From NCBI RefSeq assembly GCF_018977255.1, contig NW_024704743.1:106394001-106458000 (forward strand): 64,000 nucleotides of DNA, written 5' to 3'. Below, one piece after another: positions 58,050 to 64,000 of the stretch (position 1 is the stretch's first letter; the number at the start of each line of letters is the position of its first letter). The notes beneath the pieces are model-generated. The model saw nothing but the letters and a program-made list of their open reading frames with translations, did no database searches and was not told where the DNA came from. The position numbers and the translations under genes were made by a program. Source of the DNA: Callorhinchus milii (taxonomy: Eukaryota).

Positions 58050-58339
58050 AATAATAATCCTTGCATTTGATATAGCGTTTTTCACATCTTCTAGAAGTCT
58101 CAAAGTGCTTCACAGAATATGCTGTAAAGGGAATTGACTGTATATTTTGTGGGTGAAACATGGCAGTCAATTGTGCACAGCAGTGTCCCACAAACAGTCA
58201 TGGATTAAGTGATCAATTCATTTATTTTTTCTTGAGGGATTATTATCAGGTGTGTGGAGTAAGGAAACTTGCCGGGAATCAAACCCAGGTCTCTCGCTTG
58301 CTTGGCTAGTGCTCTAACCACTGAGCTACAAGACTCCAC
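58050..58339 (-). mobile_element. tRNA-Ala-headed SINE, short form
   Basis: Family match with a small deletion after the head. Confidence 0.88.
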
Positions 58340-58397
58340 AAACCACACTGATCAACACAATTGTACGGTCAGAGCCCCCAAAATAGGAACTCTCTAC

Positions 58398-58575
58398 CTT
58401 GGCAGTTTACAGCCACTTCGAGTTGAAGATTTGTCATCTGAGATTTTGTTTTCAGCACTTCTTCCTTTAATTGTTCCAATTCCTTGGTCAGGCCAGTTGG
58501 AGATTGTGAATTCACATAAGCAAGTTGGCTTTGGCAATCATTCAGGCTCTCTTCCAGTAGTTTTGAATCTGGCTC
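58398..58575 (-). CDS. KIF20-like exon, coiled coil
   Basis: ttcaag|GAG...CAAG|gtagag, 178 nt, phase 0-1. EPDSKLLEESLNDCQSQLAYVNSQSPTGLTKELEQLKEEVLKTKSQMTNLQLEVAVNCQ. Confidence 0.78.
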
Positions 58576-58736
58576 CTTGAAAAGAAGTAGACTCAATAAA
58601 GGACCACATAACCAGTGGAGGTAAAAGCAATCATCCTCACAAATAATATTCACAACAATATCCACAAGTGATGCACAACATAAGTTGAATTTCAGTAAGT
58701 AAAGATGAATTATTACTGTTCTTTAGAATTGTACCA

Positions 58737-59116
58737 ATAACAATAATAATCCTTGCATTTGATATAGCATCTTATCACAAAATGTCTCAAGGCACTTCAC
58801 AGAATATACTGCAAAATGAAATTGACTGTATATTTTGTGGGCGAAACGCAGCAGTCAATTGCACACAGCAATGTCCCACAAACACTCATGGACTGAACGT
58901 GCAAATTATTATTTTTTTAAATTATTTTTTTGAAGGGATTATTACCCCCGGAAATACTTTCTGCCGATCGACAAACAACCGGTTCTTACTTACTGCTAGG
59001 TAAACAGGGGAGTGTGGAGTAAGGAAATTTGTCCAACATTTTGCGCCTCCTAGGAATTGAACCCAGGGCCTCTCAGTTGCGAGCCGAGTGCTCTAATCAC
59101 TAAGCTATAGGACTCC
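58737..59116 (-). mobile_element. tRNA-Ala-headed SINE, long form
   Basis: Family match, more diverged. Confidence 0.86.
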
Positions 59117-59316
59117 AATACATGGCTGTTATGAATGTGAACGATGATTCTTGCATTTCATATGTCAAAGTCTCAAAACACTAAACAGGAATTGTTGTCA
59201 GGTCCAGTCAGTACCTTGTTGTCAAATGCAGCAGCCAAATTGCACTTAGCGAGTCCTATACACTACCTGAGCCGATTAGACACATACATGTAGTCGGGCA
59301 ACAACATTCATATTAC

Positions 59317-59479
59317 CTTAACTTTGCCTTGAATAGTAAATGTTTCCTCTGCACCATGTTTATCTTTAATCTCTTCTAAAGCACATTTATATGCATGTCG
59401 CTTGATTGATTCTTTGTACATGTGAAGTTTACTCTCCAATTGATCATCATAGTTCTCCTTTAATTCTTCAAAGCGTTCG
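59317..59479 (-). CDS. KIF20-like exon, coiled coil
   Basis: ctgaag|C...AAG|gtaata, 163 nt, phase 2-0. ERFEELKENYDDQLESKLHMYKESIKRHAYKCALEEIKDKHGAEETFTIQGKVK. Confidence 0.82.
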
Positions 59480-59995
59480 CTTCAGCAAAAGATAACATGT
59501 GATTGCATACAGAAAAAGAAATCTGAAAAACACTGAACATCCGCGTCAAGTTGATGATCATCACAACCATCTTACAATTAATGGTTGACAACATTTGCCC
59601 ATTTATAGCTGGAGGCTGCAGAACATCTTCAAAGGGAAAGATTACTACAGTTACAGCACTGGCCGCTCCATAGTTAATGCTCCCTGGAGTTGCAGTTATT
59701 TCATATTCCCAGCTTGTCCCACAACACAGGAACAAAATTGGGGGCTTAAACAGAAAAATTAATGCCAGTCAAGCGCAAGTTAGAACTGGATAAATATAAA
59801 CAATTTACACAAAAATGGTATTCGTGTTGAACTGAAAAACTCAGTGAACACAATATACATTTTAAGTTAATATTAAAGCAATTTTAATTGCACATTAAAT
59901 TCAACGGCTTGCTATATTGCTTGCTGTACAAGGTCACACACTTAACTTTATTAAAAAAAACATTTTCGGTACTAGACACCAACATTAAACCTTAC

Positions 59996-60135
59996 CTCCA
60001 AACTTCTTCCGTGTGCATCAGCTGCTGAAACATAGCTTGCCCCATCTCCTCACGGACCCGAATTTCCAAAAGCAGTTTGTGTTGCCTTTCAGCGATCAGT
60101 TTTTGTTTTAGATTTTCAATCGTGTCCAGCATTTC
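59996..60135 (-). CDS. KIF20-like exon, coiled coil 1
   Basis: ggttag|GAA...TGGAG|gtaagg, 140 nt. EMLDTIENLKQKLIAERQHKLLLEIRVREEMGQAMFQQLMHTEEVW resembles the KIF20A/B ERxxKLxLExxxRxE segment. Confidence 0.9.
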
Positions 60136-61049
60136 CTAACCACCAGAACAGAACTATGCACCAAGCAGCCAAGTAGTGTAAAGGCATCTAATTTTAGCAA
60201 CTTTTAGGACTGAAAGTACACAATGTTACTATAGATGCACGTTAATCCCCAATACTTCTGTCATGCATCTAACTTGTAAACCTCTTCACAGCTTTCTGTT
60301 AAATTTAAAAAAAATACTGCCCTCATTACTTCCAATATTATGTTTAATGGTTGGATTAATTCCATGTATGGTTTATGTATAAACCTTGAAATATTTCCAA
60401 GTTTATCCGTTTAATCTATTAGCACAAATGCACCATCTATTCATTTTCAGTTCAGCAAAAGATTTTAACTCAAAATACTCTCAATCTTCAGCAGCCTCAT
60501 CTTTAACATGCTCAGCTTCCTAGGAACACACAATAGAACTTGCATTTCCAGTTTCTGCTCTGTTCATTTTAGGATCCCTCATTAACTTTTTCGTTGGGAA
60601 TTTTCTCTAAACTCTTGGCAATTGTAAAGTTTCCTCCTTGCTAAAGACTAACTTCCATGTACCAAATATTCAGAATGTATTCCAATTACAAAGATATGCC
60701 CATCTATCTCACATACTTCTACCAAGACAAAGGACTTTATAAAACAAACTCCATTTTATTTTCCAACACATCTCAGTTCATGGTCACTGTAAGATATGCA
60801 AGGTTCCAGTTTAATAAACATTGCCATATGGCAAAATCGATTGAATTATTTTTCACCTTTAGAATTTAATACAACTGCCTTCCCCTCCTTCAAAATAATC
60901 AAAAAGCAGTTCAATATTAGCCCTGTGAATTTAGTTCTTTGCCATATTATTTGTTTATTTTCTAGGTAATTAAATCCAATCCACAATTGGTACCATTACC
61001 TTACACACATCTTAAACAAGGCAGATGTTCATCCAATTGAATTATTTCA

Positions 61050-61520
61050 TAATATCATAAGAATTTGCTAGGCGAAAGAAGACCAAGTTCCATCTAGTTC
61101 GCCTTTCATGAACCTGGCAGTTGCTTGATATGTTGTGTCCCAAACTACATAATCTATCCCAAGATATTATTCTCTACCAGAAATCTATCTAATTTGTTCT
61201 TGAAACAAAGAACACTTTCTACTTCCACTGTCTCTCTAGGGAGCTTGTTCCATAAGTTTACTATTTGTTCACTGAAGATGTGTTTCCTGCAGATTTGTTC
61301 TGAATTTACCCCTCTTTAATTGCAGGCCGTGTCCTCTGGTTCTACTGTTCAGGAGAAGATAAAACAGTTTATCATGGTCTACATTATCTAGTCCCTTCAG
61401 AATCTTAAAGATTGTAATCATATCACCCCTCAATCTTCTCTTTTCCAGCGTGAACATTCCCAGTTTATCCAATAGCTCTTCATAGTCCAGTCCCTCCATC
61501 CCCTCTATCATTTTGGGTGC
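61050..61520 (-). mobile_element. CR1-clade LINE 3' fragment abutting a KIF20-like splice donor
   Basis: KMIEGMEGLDYEELLDKLGMFTLEKRRLRGDMITIFKILKG...RTRGH is a CR1 ORF2 C-terminus. Confidence 0.85.
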
Positions 61521-61529
61521 AAAGCTTAC

Positions 61530-61706
61530 TTCATAGCCTAAAGCAGTGACATCCAATTCCTCTTCGTCTGCCTCATGTAACAGATCTCCAGAGATGCTAT
61601 TTTCTGTGGCGAGAGTGTTGCTGAGATCCATACATACCATCATACTGTCCTCTTTTCTAGTCGTTGGATTAATTAGTTCCAGTTTTGGTTGAATTATCTG
61701 AACTAT
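61530..61706 (-). CDS. KIF20-like exon, neck/linker with acidic patch
   Basis: atttag|ATA...GAA|gtaagc, 177 nt, phase 0-0. IVQIIQPKLEL...EADEEELDVTALGYE. Confidence 0.85.
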
Positions 61707-62209
61707 CTAAATAGAAGAATACTCAGGTTTATTTAAAATTGTGACCAGCCTATATCCTCTATAGTAGTGACAAGTAAATCCCTTCACAAATAAGCATCTG
61801 GATATTTTTAGCATTGTCCACCCAAATACTACGAGAAGGCAATTGCTTAATTGACACAAGGAAACACATTTTGAAACACTGCATACTTTACCACAGTATT
61901 CTAGAGTAGTTTTCACAAATGCATTACTTTAGTAAATCACCAACATGGTTTAGAGAGCAAAAAAGCAAGTGATTTTGAATAGGTTTCATAATACTGTAAA
62001 TTCAACTGTACACATTATGACTGACTATTGGCTTCATTTGGGTAGTTTGCCCTTGCTCCTTAACTATGATTTACAGTTCCTATTACAATTGTTAGGCAGT
62101 AAGCCCAACAAACCTATCCCTTAATGATCAACCCAACTCCAATTTGGATGAGAGTGTGACCATACACTTGACAATATTATCAAATATCAAAGAAATGAAT
62201 AGCACTTAC

Positions 62210-62375
62210 CTGTTTAGCAATTCCTGAAAATTTCATTACATGTAGAGTTTCATCATATGTAGATGCACATTGGTTTATGTTAATAATCATACAAGCTTTG
62301 CCTTTGTCACAAAAGAAACCTTGAAAAAGGCGAGTCAGTTTGCTCTCTCGGAAGGGGACAATAATGGCTTTCATT
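62210..62375 (-). CDS. KIF20-like exon, end of motor domain
   Basis: taccag|A...CAG|gtaagt, 166 nt. MKAIIVPFRESKLTRLFQGFFCDKGKACMIININQCASTYDETLHVMKFSGIAKQ. Confidence 0.94.
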
Positions 62376-63370
62376 CTGGTAGTCAGAGAGATGCATAAAA
62401 AAAAGCTGGAGATTACCAATTAAGTACAAATATAAGTAGAAGGCTTTTCAGATGCTACCTGCATAACCTTTACTCTGTGCCAGTTATAACATCTGTCCAG
62501 AGAGGGTTTTTTTATTAAATGAGAACAATATTTACAAAACATTGAAACATACTGGCTGGCCTTTAAGCTCACTACATGACTTCAGAGTTACATCTTAAAA
62601 ATAGTAATTCTTAATAAGTCTGCATAATCCTGGTTCAAAAAATGATATTGTAGCAAATAAACTTATTCTAAATCCTATTCACAGCAGACCAAAATTCACT
62701 CATCATACAGAATATAGTATGCAAATATGAAAATAATGTACAATTATATTATGAGAACATCCTGACAAAGGCTGTTTGAAAATCCAATTTGTGTATACAA
62801 TTAATTGATTGTGAGCCACTCAAGTTTTTTGTGCTGTATACAAAGCAGAGTTAGTGTTTAGATATTGTATAGAAACGTTGCACATCTCTGTATTTTGCTC
62901 AAGTACATAAATCCAATGGTTTACCTACAGGGGAAAAAAAAATGCAGCTTTCCTTAAAAAAAAGTCAACTTCTTTAAAGACCGACAGGTGGGACTCCTCT
63001 CTAGGTAAGTGGTTTGTTGGCCCAAAGCCTCTGGACCACTCCCAGTTAATTTTTTAAGCCCTCGTAGGCAGTCAGGATTGAACAAAAATCTGATCATGAG
63101 GCCTAAAATTGTAGAAAATAAAGTAACTCTCAGGATCACAAAACTGCACTGCTAGGACCGGGAGAGGAGAAAAATCATTTACCTGAAGAAGGGCACCCCC
63201 TGCTGTTTTAACTCAGGAAAGAAATAATTTAACAAAAAACACAAATGTTATCCTATAGATTTTTTGTAAAGTAGAAAGTGCTTCATTCCAATTGGGTGTA
63301 TGTGAATTTCCAAAGATGAGCAATTCAAGTAAATTCCGTTAAAAAAAAAGAACTTGAATGCATTACTTAC

Positions 63371-63517
63371 TTATTGTGCTGTCTCTCCCTGAGTCCAGCA
63401 ATACACTTGCCAAGGATAAGGAGAGAATTATTGATGTTTCCTGCTTCCTTCAGTCGGTTTCCAAATGTTTGCGTCTTACCGCAACGTTCTGACCCAGCCA
63501 AGTCACACAACGATAAC
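63371..63517 (-). CDS. Kinesin-6 (KIF20-like) exon, motor switch II / helix 4; upstream exons lie beyond the window
   Basis: atgcag|G...AA|gtaagt, 147 nt. [59 protein letters not shown] is typical of KIF20. Confidence 0.93.
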
Positions 63518-64000
63518 CTGCATTTATCATAATTCAACAATTTTAATATATTGCATAATCAGAACCTACCATTGTAGCACTGGCCACCACAATTTCCTAG
63601 CTTACAGAAATTCTTCCTTTTATTTTGCCGAACACTATTCTCCTCAAGCAAGTGACCTCTCTGCAACATTTTGGATTCCAATCACCAGGCTAAGATAAGG
63701 AAGCACCATGCCTTCTCATCCACTACAATCTAATTAACACCTGATTAACCTTCAAATTTTAAAAATTCCTTCACTATTTAATCTTAGCCAAGGTACCCAA
63801 ATTTGCAAAAAAGAATTACTTTGATATAGCACCTTTCAAGCACTTCAAGATGTTGCAATGATTTAATCACCTTATCAAATGCAAAATTAAATTATTCAAT
63901 ATTTTTAGCTGATATAATGCCCTTGGACATAGCAAATAGCAGCTCTAGGTAGGTCTCAGCATCAGAGCAAAGGTTGCAGATTTCATTAAACTTAAGGTGT

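Noticed and set aside
60480..60640. Possible extra KIF20-like exon (acceptor-like cctag then EAEHVKDEAAED on the - strand)
   Set aside because: Hits TGA after 12 codons with no donor, and the flanking exons already join in phase.

Overview
Vertebrate genomic DNA. The repeat content (Deu-domain SINEs, shark-type CR1 tails, L2 LINEs) suggests a cartilaginous fish, possibly a chimaera; this is an inference, not a database match. Two convergent protein-coding genes were reconstructed by hand from splice sites. (1) The + strand carries a complete LYN Src-family kinase CDS in 12 coding exons (9868-46252, 1539 nt, 512 aa). It retains the LynA/LynB alternative donor, Tyr32, Tyr397 and Tyr508, but has Ala instead of Thr at the gatekeeper position 319. 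(2) The - strand carries the last nine exons (63517-55317) of a kinesin-6 gene whose motor mixes KIF20A and KIF20B residues, possibly a third KIF20 paralog. Introns and intergenic DNA are dense with retroposons: a young tRNA-Ala-headed SINE in long and short forms, older Deu-domain SINEs, 5'-truncated L2 LINEs sharing the SINE 3' tail, CR1 fragments and a candidate TA-flanked MITE. Most ORFs in the supplied track are repeat-derived or chance. Repeat boundaries are approximate (about 10-20 nt).
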